Part shown: positions 37,120 through 49,494 of the stretch, piece after piece
Layout of the letters: every line of letters begins with the position of its first letter
Position numbering within the stretch: position 1 is the first letter of the stretch
NCBI RefSeq assembly: GCF_052425735.1
Contig: NC_135766.1
Span: 17,174,001-17,238,000, forward strand
Direction of reading: 5' to 3'
Length of the DNA: 64,000 nt
Source of the DNA: Oculina patagonica
Lineage: Eukaryota
Translations under genes and position numbers: made by a program
Notes under the pieces: model-generated
Seen by the model: only the letters and a program-made list of their open reading frames with translations
Databases searched by the model: none
What the model was told of the DNA's origin: nothing

Positions 37120-39841
37120 AGACCATTTGCATTATGACGTAAATCGCAAAGACTTCTGGTAGTTGTAGTTAGGTTCGCGGGAAATTTTGAATCGTCATCA
37201 AGCCCGCTAGCCCAAGAAAATCGCGATGGAGGTAAAGAAAATTACTCTCACCGAAGAAGACGTCCCTGTGGCTTCATTTAAAGGGCAAAAAGCAACCTCT
37301 CAGTATAAAACCAAGTCCGTTTAAATGAAAAGAAAGTTATGCAAGGAATATTTGCTGGGTTGCGTTTTGTAGCGAAGTTTCAACGAGTCAGTTCCTCCAA
37401 GTCTCAGTCGCGCGGTTATTTAATTAAATTCCTAAAACTTTTGCTTGCCAGGTATTTTCAAATAATATACGAAGAGGCAATATTTTACCCTTTCTAAACA
37501 TGGGGGAACACAGTACATGATGTCTACACTCGTAAAAATCTTTGAGGCTCACCTTTCGAGTTGCACAAGTAATCGTTCATAAACAAGATTATGGAAATAC
37601 AATTATATTTGCTCGCACGGCCCTCGCTCGGATTGAAACCACAACTGCTACTCGACGAGTTGACATTTCCAGTACAAAAACAAGAAAACTTCTTTGTTAA
37701 AGAATATTGCAATTACAGTTCTAATTTGACGAAAAAATACAATTTTAAGATAAAAACAAATAATCTGTACCGTATTCAAATGCACTGCAGGGAAGTTTTG
37801 ATTGATCAGCTTGAAAATCCTTTATGATTGACCCTTCATGATTCATTGATGAAGCTCGATTAAACAAGGAAAATTATTTGACTCGTTTCTCTGTCTCACT
37901 GTAAAAATAAATTAAACTGACCGTCCCGCCGAGCAATCATGATATATGGTAAATTTTCAAAGCTTTTCAGTGAAGCATTAATTCACCTGCGATCGATGGA
38001 AGCGATCGTTTGTTGAACGTCTGAAAATAGATTAAGAACAAAGTCAATGGCTTGCCTTGCTTTCACTTGATTCCACACAAATTTAGTTATATCCTAGACT
38101 CGTCCTTTCAAGCAATCTGTTTCCAGTGCGCGATGTTTTGAAGCTGTGATATTAGGCTAAAATTATTTACGAAGAGAAGTTGTCGGCCGCGATGAATGAA
38201 TTTCTACCAAGTCAACTCCGCCACACAACATACATATTAAACTTACTTGAACACGAACAACATTTGTCTGTCTTGGTTAAAATACAGAACTCAGTCAATT
38301 TCCATTCCAAAGCTATCATCCTGTTTTCTATATTTTTGACAGGTAACTGAAAAAATAAATGTATAAACAAATTTCGAAGCGACAAGAGCGTAAACTTAAT
38401 TAGATTTTTGATGGGGGGGGTTGAGCAAATCCCAAAAAAAATATCGAGCATGTGCTTCTGGTTTTAAAAAAATATCACGCAGAATTGTTAAGAAGGAAAA
38501 AAATGTCGAGCAGCCGTAATCAGGGCGTCGCAAAGGATTTTTGCGTGACGCATGACGGCCCCTGAAGTAGCTGTGAGTCACACTGGGCATCGCATATTTT
38601 AATGCGTGATTTGGTATTTTGCAAGCGCGTGACGCGTGATTTACCAATTAGATTTATTAAAGTGAACCCTCTGATCCAGAAGGGCATTATGATTCAAAGA
38701 TGTTCATGCATTCAGATTCAAAACATCTTTCCGAACATCCACCTGTTGTTGCGAATTGCATGTACAATTCCAGTGACATTAGCAGACAACGAGTGCTCAA
38801 ACAGCACTCTAAAACTAGTCAAGGGCCACCTTCGAACGACGATGACAACCGAGACTCTCGGGCCTGGCTTTAATGAGTAGCCATTATGAAAAGCCTGTCG
38901 ATTACGATGCTATAGTTCAGAAATTTGCCGAACAACAACCTCATAGAATGTTACTCGTTGATCCAATTTTTGAGAGATGGCGAAGACAAATATATTACAG
39001 TGATTTCAGTTTCATTTTCTAAGAGTCAGTTGATCTTGTACTGTAAAGTCTTAAACGTAGTCTTTGTTTAATAAAATTTAAACCGTCCACAATCATCTCT
39101 CAAAAACCTGGAAACCGCATTTCCGAGGACTTCAATTTCAAAATTTCCCGGGGGAGCATGCCCCCGTACCCCCCTAGAAGGGTCCGCCTTCGGTGGCCCA
39201 TTTTATGAACCCCCTTGTTAGAATCCTGGATGCCCAAGGAGTTGGAACCATTACATGCAAGTCTGGAGGCTTTTCTGAGTAGCGTTACGTAATTAGCAGG
39301 AAAAAACGTTCGCTTGCCCAGTGGGTAAGTGATGCATAACATCCACTAGCCTGACAGTAAAATCCACTAGCCCCAGGCTAGTGGAGATGCATTTCTTTGT
39401 ACATTGAATAAAGATGAAACTTTTTCTGCTTTGAAAAAAGATGTAAAATTTAAAAGGCATTGCGTGTTAAGTGGTTTTTAATAGGGTGAATAATGTCAAT
39501 TATGAGTGGCTGGTGATGGTCAAGTTAACTTCAAAATTTGTGTTCCAAATTTCCATTAAAAAAAATATCGTGCAAGAACCTGAAGATTAAAAAAAAAATC
39601 CTGCAGGGCTGGAAGAATAAAAAAAATATCTAGCAGCCTTAAAATCCTGCAACCCCCCCATCAAAAATCAAATGGTCCACCCCTTAGCAGCTCAAACTTC
39701 AGATCAAATTAAAAGACCTGGAAGTCCACCTTCACGCTTGGCTGCCCTTAGCCAATCATAAGCTAGAAATCGTGTTTTCCCGCGAACCTAACTACAACTA
39801 CCAGAAGTCTTTGCGCTTTTACGTCATAATGCAAATGGTCT
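37120..39841. mobile_element. 2.7-kb non-autonomous TIR transposon (AT TSD, ISL2EU/Spy-like) inserted in an exon
   Basis: ~65-bp TIR agaccatttgcattatgacgtaaa.cgcaaagacttctggtagttgtagttaggttcgcgggaaa at both ends; removal restores the exon frame; contains a nested element at ~38400-39686. Confidence 0.85.
38720..38975 (+). mobile_element. hAT transposase C-terminal dimerisation domain remnant
   Basis: FPNIHLLLRIACTIPVT...E.SNSTLKLVK..LRTTMT (frameshift) LSGLALM..HYEKPVDYDAIVQKFAEQQPHRMLL. Confidence 0.8.
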
Positions 39842-40304
39842 ATTATGTTTTCCGTACAACTTCAAAGCAATTATTCCCTGTAATGTAATATAAACAACGT
39901 TACGGCATAATTAAAAAGTTTGGACATTTACCACATCTCAATAATTCCTCAAAACTCCTTATGTCTTTCTTAAGGCTGGCATGCTTCAAGGTTTTCACAG
40001 TTGAAAGGAAAAGTGATGAATAATTTTCTTTCCAAAACATATTCTCACGATGGAATAAAATAAGGTCAAAAATGGTTTTGAAAATGCACGGATAAAAAGT
40101 GAAAGTTTTCGATCTTTGAGTCATGAAACTAACACAGATAAATTGAAGACTAGTGAATCAGATGCACGAACATAAAAATCATGGCTACAATGTCTTAGTA
40201 TCGATGCTTTAAAACGTTACATCAGGAGCATGTATGTGTACTCTAATTTCAAATGTTAGGGGAGGAAAACATTTCTTCAGCTCAGTACCTCGGAAGTGGC
40301 CACC

Positions 40305-40541
40305 CTAAACTGAGCTCTTGACGGGCTCTTGCAGTCCTATTTCCTCCAGGTTTTGGTAATTTTTACCAGGGTCTAAAATTGCTGTTGCTCCTCTAAAATG
40401 GACTTCAGTGAAAACTTGCCACCGTCCTGTGTCTTCTTCGATAATGATTGATGAGGCACCATTGGGAAAGGCAGTTGTCAAATCATCACAACTTACACAG
40501 AAAATGATCATCATGATATCTTCGGCACGATGATCATCACC
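40305..40541 (-). pseudogene. Beta/gamma-crystallin-domain exon, copy 2 (damaged ends)
   Basis: CDDLTTAFPNGASSIII...WQVFTEVHFRGATAILDPGKNYQNLEEIGLQEPVKS; short insertions at both ends; upstream exon not located. Confidence 0.7.
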
Positions 40542-42552
40542 CTATAACACAAGCACAACCGAATAACATTTTGCGGGTACAAATTAAACTTCCCCAGATG
40601 GTGTAGTTTCAGTTTTTGAGATAATAAAAGCAGAAAATAGTGAGGGGAGGTAAAATTTTAGTGATAAGCATGAATTTCGATCACCCCTGTGCAACTTGCA
40701 ATTGTAAGTACACACTACACTGCTCGGCTCAACTTCAGGTATCAAGTGTGATATTTGTCACAATTCCCGCACAGAATGTGACCATTAAACTCTATTTTCC
40801 AAACTACAAACGTCTAATGCTAACTAGGCAATCGTTAATCTCATTTGAACCGAAGGGTTTGATTTTGCATGCGACATGGACCCGGCAACTAAAACCTATA
40901 TCCTTCATATTGAAACAATCGACTATCCTTAATATTACCTTTTTATTCCCTCCATAACTGAGGCTTTCAAACAACTAAGGGTTTCTTCTGTAGTATGTTA
41001 AAATCGAAATTGTCATTATAATCAACGAATGAACATATTTAAATAGCGTCTGTAACGAGCAAACGAAAATTGTCTGCAGCAGATGGCCAACATATGGACT
41101 ATCGAGGGAATGATACTTATCGCTTCCTTAATAGGATAAGCAACAGAGTTACTTAATATGTTTATCTTTATGCGGAAATATCTTGAGGGAGAAGCCATGC
41201 TCAGGTTTACACTAAGGTTTAGAAAGCCCTGTTAAAGGCAAGGCCAGATATCAAACATTTATTGCATTTTTACATTCTTAATTGTTTCCCAGATCTCGCC
41301 AAGGGATTTCAAAAGCAAGTTAACCTTGATTATATGGAATTAATATCAGTCATCTGAGCATCTGGCCTAACCGGTTATGCCAGTATAAATGCGATTTCAG
41401 TCAACTGACTGCCTCTTGTCCTAATCATGACAAATATTTTACCTCAGTTCAGTATGTCTTAAACCAAATCATTTTATACATCTAAGGGGTAATACCTTAA
41501 CCAGTAGCTTCCGATGTTTTCTTTTTACTATTTAATATATGTCACGAATTAGTTTGCTTTTATTAGTTAAGTAAAAAGCAGTTTTCAACTGATTGACCAT
41601 GTTCTCAACTTTCTCACCTATCAGGCTGATCCTTTTTTTTTTTTACATTAAGTTCTTTCACCCTTACAAAAAACGTGGCATGAAATTAATTGTTCATTGT
41701 GTGGGTAAAATTTATGTTGCGTGAGAAGCAGGTTTGTTCCGTTTAAGATTCATTAGGCAGCAAGCATGCTATCCAAGTGGAGTATCAATACTTCTAGTTA
41801 CTTCATGCCAAAGAAACCAGAGATACTTGCCCAAACTGATTAACCACAAACCTCCTACAGTCTCTCAGATTGAAACAGTCTTTAACCTTTACCTACTTTG
41901 TAAGCAAGTTTGAGCTGCAGACTATGCAGCTTTCTTTCATTTAATATGGGATGAGGGGAATAGGAAAGTACAAAAGGTTTTAAAGTGGATATACTGGGTT
42001 CTATACACTTATTATCAAAAATAAATGTTGGGTGTTATTTATATTTGTACTCGTAAGAAGTGGTTTAATAAGCTGGATAGCAGCTACACACAGCGCCTTA
42101 ATGAATTTGTTTAATGGCTCGCTTATTTATCCTTAGTGATATCTACACGTTTTCTACTATTCTCGAGAGCATGAGAATTTAGCATTATGTTGATCAAGGC
42201 TTTCCTCCTCTGATCAAGTACCATGTTCTCATACCTGACTGTGAGTTTGTTACAAGTGCTCGTGAGAAATTCTGCATTGATCATTTTTGTAAAATTTTTT
42301 TGAACGTGGTGAAGTACATTTAGCTATAGATAGATATCAAAACAATAAAATAGGAGTTAATAAAGGTCTGTAAAGTCAGTTTTTGCTAACGTGAAAATTA
42401 TCTCATTTTACAGAGAAAAACCAGACAAGCTCCGATATAAATTCACATTTATTAAGCAAACCAACAGAAAAAGAAAAAAGGTACAACGAATGTCAGCTGT
42501 ATTAGAAGATTTTTCAACGTAATGCACATTCGAAACGCAGGAGATAGCCTCA

Positions 42553-42762
42553 CTAGGGAGCTTTGCGAAAGCTTTTGACAGATTCCTGGAGACGCATTTC
42601 CTCAAGGGACTTGTATTTTTTACCAGGCTCCAAATTTACTGTCGCTCCTCTGTAGGCGACGTCGGTGAAAACCTGCCAAGTTTCTGTGTCTTTAGCCACA
42701 ACAATTGACGAGGCTCCGTTGGGGAGAAAGTTTGTCACGTCATTGCACATTTCACCGAACTC
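42553..42762 (-). CDS. Beta/gamma-crystallin-domain last exon, copy 3 (intact exon)
   Basis: Acceptor ttttttgcag|GAG; EFGEMCNDVTNFLPNGASSIVV...WQVFTDVAYRGATVNLEPGKKYKSLEEMRLQESVKSFRKAP*. Upstream exon(s) not identified. Confidence 0.7.
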   Translation of the reverse strand, partial: EFGEMCNDVTNFLPNGASSIVVAKDTETWQVFTDVAYRGATVNLEPGKKYKSLEEMRLQESVKSFRKAP

Positions 42763-44597
42763 CTGCAAAAAACGGTGTGACCAACATAAACTTGACGCCT
42801 AACTGCGTGTACTCCGGCGTCTCTTATTGAGATAAACTTGGTTTACATGAATAATTATCTTTGTCTTTATTTCATATCTTTCACATGTAACATTTCTGAC
42901 CTTTACACTCCTTTACATAACCATGCGATTTGGGTGTATATGAACGAAGATGATCATATTCACTTTCAATAAGTGTTCGCACTTCTTTTCTAGACGTTTT
43001 AACGATCGTGTCTAGTAGGCTGCTCAGCTCACGATCACGCCGTTTGCTTTCCTTACATGAAGAATAATCGCAACTATTAATACGTGACTCGCAGGGCCTC
43101 GCGAAGCTCTGGGTTGGGGAGAGGGGGGGGGGGGGTGTTATAAATAAGGAGTGGATTATTTGAAGTTGAACATTTATTGAATTGTACATATTCAATTTTC
43201 CACAGTATAGTAGGCAGGAAGATATATTTGTTAGAAATTTCAACGGGCATGGCCGCGACACCCTCGTTCCCAGGGTCTACTCCGCTTTGAAGATGGTGGC
43301 TTTTTCTGGTTCGTAAAGAGGTATAAAGCGTTGGGAAGCGCAGACTATTTTCAAAATCATCGACAAATTATTGGATAGTCGCATTTTGGACATTTATTTG
43401 ATGGCATTAAAAAAAAAAGAAGAACGAATGGCAGGAGGATTCGAAGCCTCCGCCCGCGCGCCCCTGATGGCGATGAAAGATTTATAGCCTGAATAGGCGT
43501 TGAGTGAGTATTATGTGGGAATCAATGTTATTTTAATTCGAAAAGAAAAACTATAAAAATGAAAGGCTCAGGATTCGAACCAAAAAAAAAAAAAAAAAAA
43601 AAAAAAAACCTAGCCGGATTCGAACCCCCGACCTCAGTTCCGAAGATCTGATTTCAAGTTCGACGCCTTACCATTAGGCCACCAGCGCGCGGCGGCCGTG
43701 TGACGTCATTTCCGCCACACACCATATATATATGACCGTAAACTCCACACGAGATTTCATCCCGCCTGATCCCTTTGAGGGACAAAATTATACACCCCGC
43801 TACGCTCGGCCTTCGGCCTCGCTTCGCGAGGAAATAAACATATTCCGCATAGCGAGATCTCGTGTCTTTTCTCACCATTGAATCATTGTTTACATCTCCA
43901 GTTTAGTGAAAAGCTTTGTCTAAGAAATCGCAATTATCAAATTACGAAATAACAAAAGCCTCAGTATGCATAATCATCTGCATACAACACGGAGTGTTGA
44001 CTACTACATTTTCGATTACAATAATTGTACAGATCATGATAAAACAAAGCAAAATATACTCGAAAACATCAAGAATATAGCTACTAGAAAGCTAGTTCAC
44101 AGACTACCAAAAAGCTAGTTGAAGCACTCATTTTCGCTTTCGTTTTTGACGTCTTCGAGAAGACTTTTGTGTTGATCAGGTCAACTCGGTTGCATTTCAG
44201 TAGTTAAGCTTTTGTTTATGTTTAAGTGTTCAGCAGCGTCAGTATCAGCTAGTATCACAAGTTGAAAAATGATTCTCTACTAACGTTTCCAACTCCATAG
44301 GGAGCTCACTATATCTAGGTTTCTCGATAGAACAGTTCGCTTGTCAAGGTCCTTCGTAAACTTTATGGACCGAATTGTTCCAACATTGACTCTCGTCATG
44401 TTAAAGTGTTGTTCTTCCACGGATTTAGCGCACAGTATTCAAGCTTACAATCCCTGAGATTCCACTAAAGACAGACACTTCCGCTGCCCTTTTTCTACGC
44501 ATACTCACATCTTGCGCACGCGCAGAAGAAGTCAGAGGGCGATTTGCGACAGGAGAATAATCAACTTCCAATTTTTAAACTCGAGCATTTTTTCATT

Positions 44598-44773
44598 NNN
44601 NNNNNNNNNNNNNNNNNNNNNNNNNNNNNNNNNNNNNNNNNNNNNNNNNNNNNNNNNNNNNNNNNNNNNNNNNNNNNNNNNNNNNNNNNNNNNNNNNNNN
44701 NNNNNNNNNNNNNNNNNNNNNNNNNNNNNNNNNNNNNNNNNNNNNNNNNNNNNNNNNNNNNNNNNNNNNNNNN
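44598..44773. other. Assembly gap
   Basis: N run. Confidence 1.
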
Positions 44774-44835
44774 AATGTATTTAGCACGGCTGTGCTAATT
44801 GTAAATAAATAAACAAATATTATAAATCAAACATC

Positions 44836-45010
44836 AACTAGTTAAAAATCCCAGCTGGCAGGAGGCTAACCAGCTGGCTATTTACAAAGCATGGAGGAGT
44901 TGAATTTGGGACCACCAAACACAAATCCATCTAGTGGCAGGGAAGTGGATTTGAATCCTGGACCTCCAGATTACAAGTCCAGCGCCCTACCACTAGGCCA
45001 CACTGCCCCC
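44836..45010 (-). mobile_element. tRNA-derived SINE
   Basis: Minus strand gggggcagtgtggcctagtggtagggcgctggacttgtaatctggaggtccaggattcaaatcc (A/B boxes) followed by a non-tRNA body. Confidence 0.75.
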
Positions 45011-46125
45011 TATATTTTGTAGAGACATGTGACTTATGCTAGTGTTTTGTTTTCACCAGTGATGGCTTAAGCAAAAATATGGGCCGAAAAAATAAAACGT
45101 CTCAAGACCAGGGTAGAAATTAATGGCGGAATAAGATGTTCTATAATGCACAGAGATTTTACAATATATGAAGGAGACATAGCCCAAGGAAACATAACCC
45201 ATTTGTCAACGGAGAAAACTGTGGACCGACAATACAGTTATTTTGCTCAAGTCCAGAGTGCGATAATTGGCCTGATCTCAACAAAAAGACAAATATTTAA
45301 AACATATTTTAGAAATATTTCATCGCCACTTATCACAATCTTTACGCCGTAGAGTTAGCACTATGAACTATAACGACCTCACCTTTAGTTTTCCGCCATA
45401 GTTAGCGAGCTCATACAATGTCATAACTGTATTGGACGTGAACTGCAATGCAGTAACCTGAGTAATACAGTAAAAACCTGCGTATAAGAACCTAGATTTT
45501 CCAACTTAGCCTAAAATTATTAAAGTGACCTTAAACGACTCCAGTTCAGTTGAAGCACGCTGTCTTGGGTAAAACGTTGAAGAGAAGAAAAATACAATGG
45601 TAGATCGTGCGCCAAATATATATTTGACACCGAGCCAGAAGGTGGAAGCGATGAAGAAAATGTAGAGGAAGAGGATCCTAAAGAGGAAAAGGGGGAAGCA
45701 GAAGAGGAGGAAGAGGAGAATAGTAGCAGCTCCGAAGAGGAAGAAGAAGTGGAGGACGATGACCCAGACCATGATCTGTGGAATCCGTTACGTACAAAAG
45801 TGGGGGAAGATCTCAAAGAATCGTACATGGATCACGTCAAACGGTTTCTCTATAAGGGTAAAACCGAAGATTATGCCGAGGCTGCCGCTTTCAATGCCCT
45901 TTTACCTCTAAGTAGAAGAAGACTACGGAAGGCCTACTTAGAGCGTTTAAAATGGACTCACCGTATCAAACTCGACGCACTACACCGTAAAGTCATGAAA
46001 ACTCATCGACGCTTTATTGATGAACACGACATGGACTTTAACGAAACGGCCGAGTCAGCGGTGGCAAAACGGAAATTCCTGTTAAACAGAGTCATGAGAA
46101 AGAAGTTAGTCCCCAGCGAGTCAGA

Positions 46126-46190
46126 TGAAGAAGAAGAAGAAGAAGAAGAAGAAGAAGAAGAAGAAGAAGAAGAAGAAGAAGAAGAAGAAG
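46126..46190. repeat. (GAA)n microsatellite encoding poly-Glu
   Basis: About 21 GAA units. Confidence 0.95.
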
Positions 46191-47074
46191 AGGTTGATAC
46201 TTCAGAGTGATACATTGGATAAGACAATAACAGGACTTCTTTAAGACAATGTGGTCGTAGGGTTTCACTCATTATTTGTAAGACATCGCACAAGATGGAT
46301 TGCTCCAATCATTCACCAGAAGGGGACAAGAAGGCTACGCCTAGGACTCGGACGGCCTACCACAAAAGATATTATGTAGAGAACAAGGAGCGAATCCTAG
46401 CCCGGCAAAAACAATGGCGTACAGAGAATGCTGGGATTATCAAAGCCCGTCTTGACACAAATAACGACGAAATCAACAGGAAACGGAGAGAATATCGTAA
46501 GCAAAACAAGGAGCGCGTCAGCGGTGATCGAAGAAAATACCGTGAAAAATACAGGGAACGGATCAAAGAAAAATGGAGAAAATATTATGCAAAGAACAAG
46601 GAACGGATCAATCAAAGACTTCGCGATAAAAAAACAAGCAGAAAAAGGACGAGATGGGACCTTGGACCAACAAGGTTCTGGGAAAATGCAAGTGGACCCA
46701 AGTATAATTTCCAGCAATCATGTGATTACGCTTAGTGACATATTGACGTGATCATATTTTTGTAAATAAAAAATGCACTGTGATTTAAAATCTATTGTTG
46801 CGGGATTTTTGAGCGTGACCGAGTGAGTAATATTACTGTATGGGATACCCCATCCCGACTTGTCATAGTATAACCACATTTCATGTTTCTGTAGGGGATA
46901 CCTTATCCCAACTGTTACTTTTTATATATAAGTTATATGTTCTAAACCGAATGAACTACTTGGAGTCGACTTATCTTAAATTATTTGTTGTAAATTTTAT
47001 AGAGTTTAGAGAGAAGTAATTTTGCTACGTGTGATCACCAAGCATCAGAGTGGAGAAGCCTCGGGACTAACAGG

Positions 47075-47598
47075 ATGACTCCAAAGGAAGAAAAAGTGTG
47101 CATGATCTTAGACTTGGAAGGTTTCTTTCTGGACAAGACATTTCATGTACGCGAGTTGGGCTATTACACTTGGCAAGACAAGTTTGGTCGCCGCGCGTTT
47201 TACATTAGAACCCCGTGGAGTCAATTATCCCCCCGAGAAGAAGAACGGTGTCTTTCGTTAAGCACCGTGTTCACGGACTAACCTATCAACCCAGAAAGGA
47301 AGAAAAAGCCGACGAGTATTACAGAGAAGAAGAAGTGATGAGGGAATTGTACGAGGAGACCGTAACCCCGGAGAGAACCGTGGTGGATTACAAGGGAGGA
47401 CACGTGGAAAGAGACTTGTTAGACAGGTTGAACATTCCTAGCATGAATTTAAAACTGTACTGATGTCCGAAATACGATGTGTTAAAAGAAACGATTGTCG
47501 AGCCTTTACCTAGTTGTGGTTTTCATTTGAATTTGAGTCATTATTGTCCTATGACTGAATGTCAAGCTTTTTGGTGGTGGTATCAAACTCATCTGTAA
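47075..47598 (+). pseudogene. DEDD-type exonuclease-like ORF with Cys/His-rich C-terminus
   Basis: ILDLEGF...VRELG (frameshift ~47235) HGLTY...YKGGHVERDLL..LNIPS.NL..Y*CPKY...SCGFH...CPMTECQAFW. Confidence 0.65.
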
Positions 47599-48265
47599 AA
47601 AAACTAAGTAGTTAGCGTGTCGGTTGGTAATCAATCCGTACCGATTTAATTTAAGTCTTCATTTTTTTCTTTGTGAGCAATGAATGTTAATGTGAACTTT
47701 GAATTTTTTTCTTAGCGAATTGAGCGACTAAAAATGCCTCCCCTGGACGAGTTATTAACACGTGCGGAGAACATCGAAGCCGACTTTTCTACATGAATGA
47801 ATCAGCTTCCACCAGATTCAAAGAAATATAAACAAACATTGTCTACAAAAAGCAAGTCCAAACAACACAGTTTCTAAACATTTATTGAAACGATATATAA
47901 AAAAGAACAAAGAAGCACTAATTCATACATACGAGTAGAAGCAAACTATTTTTCCGTACGTCGAGTGCCGGTCATTAGTACCCTAGGCACACGTCCCGCA
48001 GTGTAAAAATTAGGTTTTTTTGAGAATAAAATGATTTTGGACACTCCACTTCCGATTTGCTCACTTCCCTCATCCATCATTGCTATGGCAACCTATGGTG
48101 ACGTCATTTGATGACGTCACCCCTCATTATAAATGCAACATGAATGCGAGGCAAAACGATCTAGTCTGACTCATAAGACTACTTATGGTATAACAAACGA
48201 AAGAATTGAAATCCTACCAGCGACTGACCTTGACTATCTTTTGCCCATTTTTTTTATGAACACAC

Positions 48266-48398
48266 NNNNNNNNNNNNNNNNNNNNNNNNNNNNNNNNNNN
48301 NNNNNNNNNNNNNNNNNNNNNNNNNNNNNNNNNNNNNNNNNNNNNNNNNNNNNNNNNNNNNNNNNNNNNNNNNNNNNNNNNNNNNNNNNNNNNNNNNN
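48266..48398. other. Assembly gap
   Basis: N run. Confidence 1.
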
Positions 48399-48757
48399 CA
48401 ACTTGCATACATTATCTTATATGAAATCTGAGCGATGCTCTCACAATGCTCTCTCGGGGTGGTAGTCAGCGGATGTCTATAAGGCGCATGAGCAGCACCT
48501 TTCTTTGTGAACATGGGACCAGTGGGAGAGTTCGATTATTATTATTTTTTTCATAGTAGTAAAAAAAAAAGGTTTTCTATGTTTTTTTCTTACAAGTAGC
48601 TAAAACTTCTCCGAAAAGGTTCTTGGTGTCAATATGTGGTGTTCGTTATGAAATAAAACCATCACGGAAATGGTAATGAAAAGGTGGCGATTAAATATTC
48701 CAGCGCCGGTCGGGGCTATTGTTCTTGCTCTATTGTTTCGAGGTTGTTTGTTGACTT

Positions 48758-48993
48758 TTTTTATTGCAAAACACACACAGAACGTTCTTACAAGGTGACA
48801 TGTTCACTACTAATTACTTAATATACAAGGCTTTACTAATATCTTACTATACAAAGCCTTACTTATTACTTACTATACACAGCTTTGTCTACTTACAGTA
48901 CAATACACTGCTTACACTACCTACATGACAATTAAATTGTTTACAACACACTACTTACAATACAATACTCCATTTTTTAAAATTTAATTTAAT
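48758..48993 (-). mobile_element. 5'-truncated non-LTR retrotransposon 3' end with 14-bp TSD
   Basis: TSD ttgtttgttgactt at 48744-48757 and 48994-49007; T-run (polyA on minus) at the left end. Confidence 0.7.
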
Positions 48994-49494
48994 TTGTTTG
49001 TTGACTTGGTCGCTCTTTGTTTTACCCTCATTTACAATCCGTGCGCCAGTTGAAACTCGTGGTACAATCATTTGCATTTCAGCACTAAAAAGTAGCAAGG
49101 TATCGCAAAATTCTACGTTCTTATAACTACACGACGATGATGAATATTTCGGATAAACACTCTGCTTGCAGATTTTTCTGGTTAGGAGAATTTAACCCCT
49201 GATTCCAAGGCATGAAAGTCGCGATTGCCATAGCTTCTATTTCGCGGGAAAAGATTGCCTGTTACATCATCATCCAAAAACCGATGACTACATCGTGAAT
49301 TGATCGCTACTCGGTCCCAGACCCCGTTTCTATCCCCCCCCCCCCGCCCCCTTCCCCTCTGGAATGAATGAATGAATGAATTCTGAAAAAGCGAAAGCCA
49401 GGAGGTCGTTCGGCTAACCAAACCAAGATTTCTTGGCTATCATTCTACTGTTGAAACTGAACATCTCTCCGGTAACTTGCAGCCTTCTCCTAAG

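Larger units (their letters stand above)
36344..39877 (-). pseudogene. Beta/gamma-crystallin-domain gene, copy 1 (decayed)
   Basis: Upstream exon 39877-39842 + 37117-37100 (GIIALKLYGKHNYGGSEK) is split by a transposon. Last exon from 36595 (GASSIIL...WQFFTEVQFGG...LEPGKVYKNL...GLQNPVKSFRK) has TG where the acceptor AG is expected and reads through the paralogous stop. Confidence 0.75.
45580..48130 (+). mobile_element. Polinton/Maverick (adintovirus)-like remnant with three co-oriented intronless ORFs
   Basis: Acidic helical ORF to 46210 (HRKVMKT.RRFIDE.DMDF.E..E.AVAKRKFLLNR), basic YxxxNKERI-repeat ORF 46295-46735 and a degenerate DEDD-exonuclease-like ORF 47075-47598. No PolB, capsid or integrase visible; boundaries approximate. 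Confidence 0.6.

Noticed and set aside
42881-43261. 126-aa ORF as upstream exon of crystallin copy 3
   Set aside because: No match to the LY...Y.G motif of the copy 1 upstream exon, and no phase-compatible donor was found.
47461-47463. In-frame TGA before CPK as selenocysteine
   Set aside because: The ORF is also frameshifted; a GGA-to-TGA nonsense change in a decayed element is simpler.
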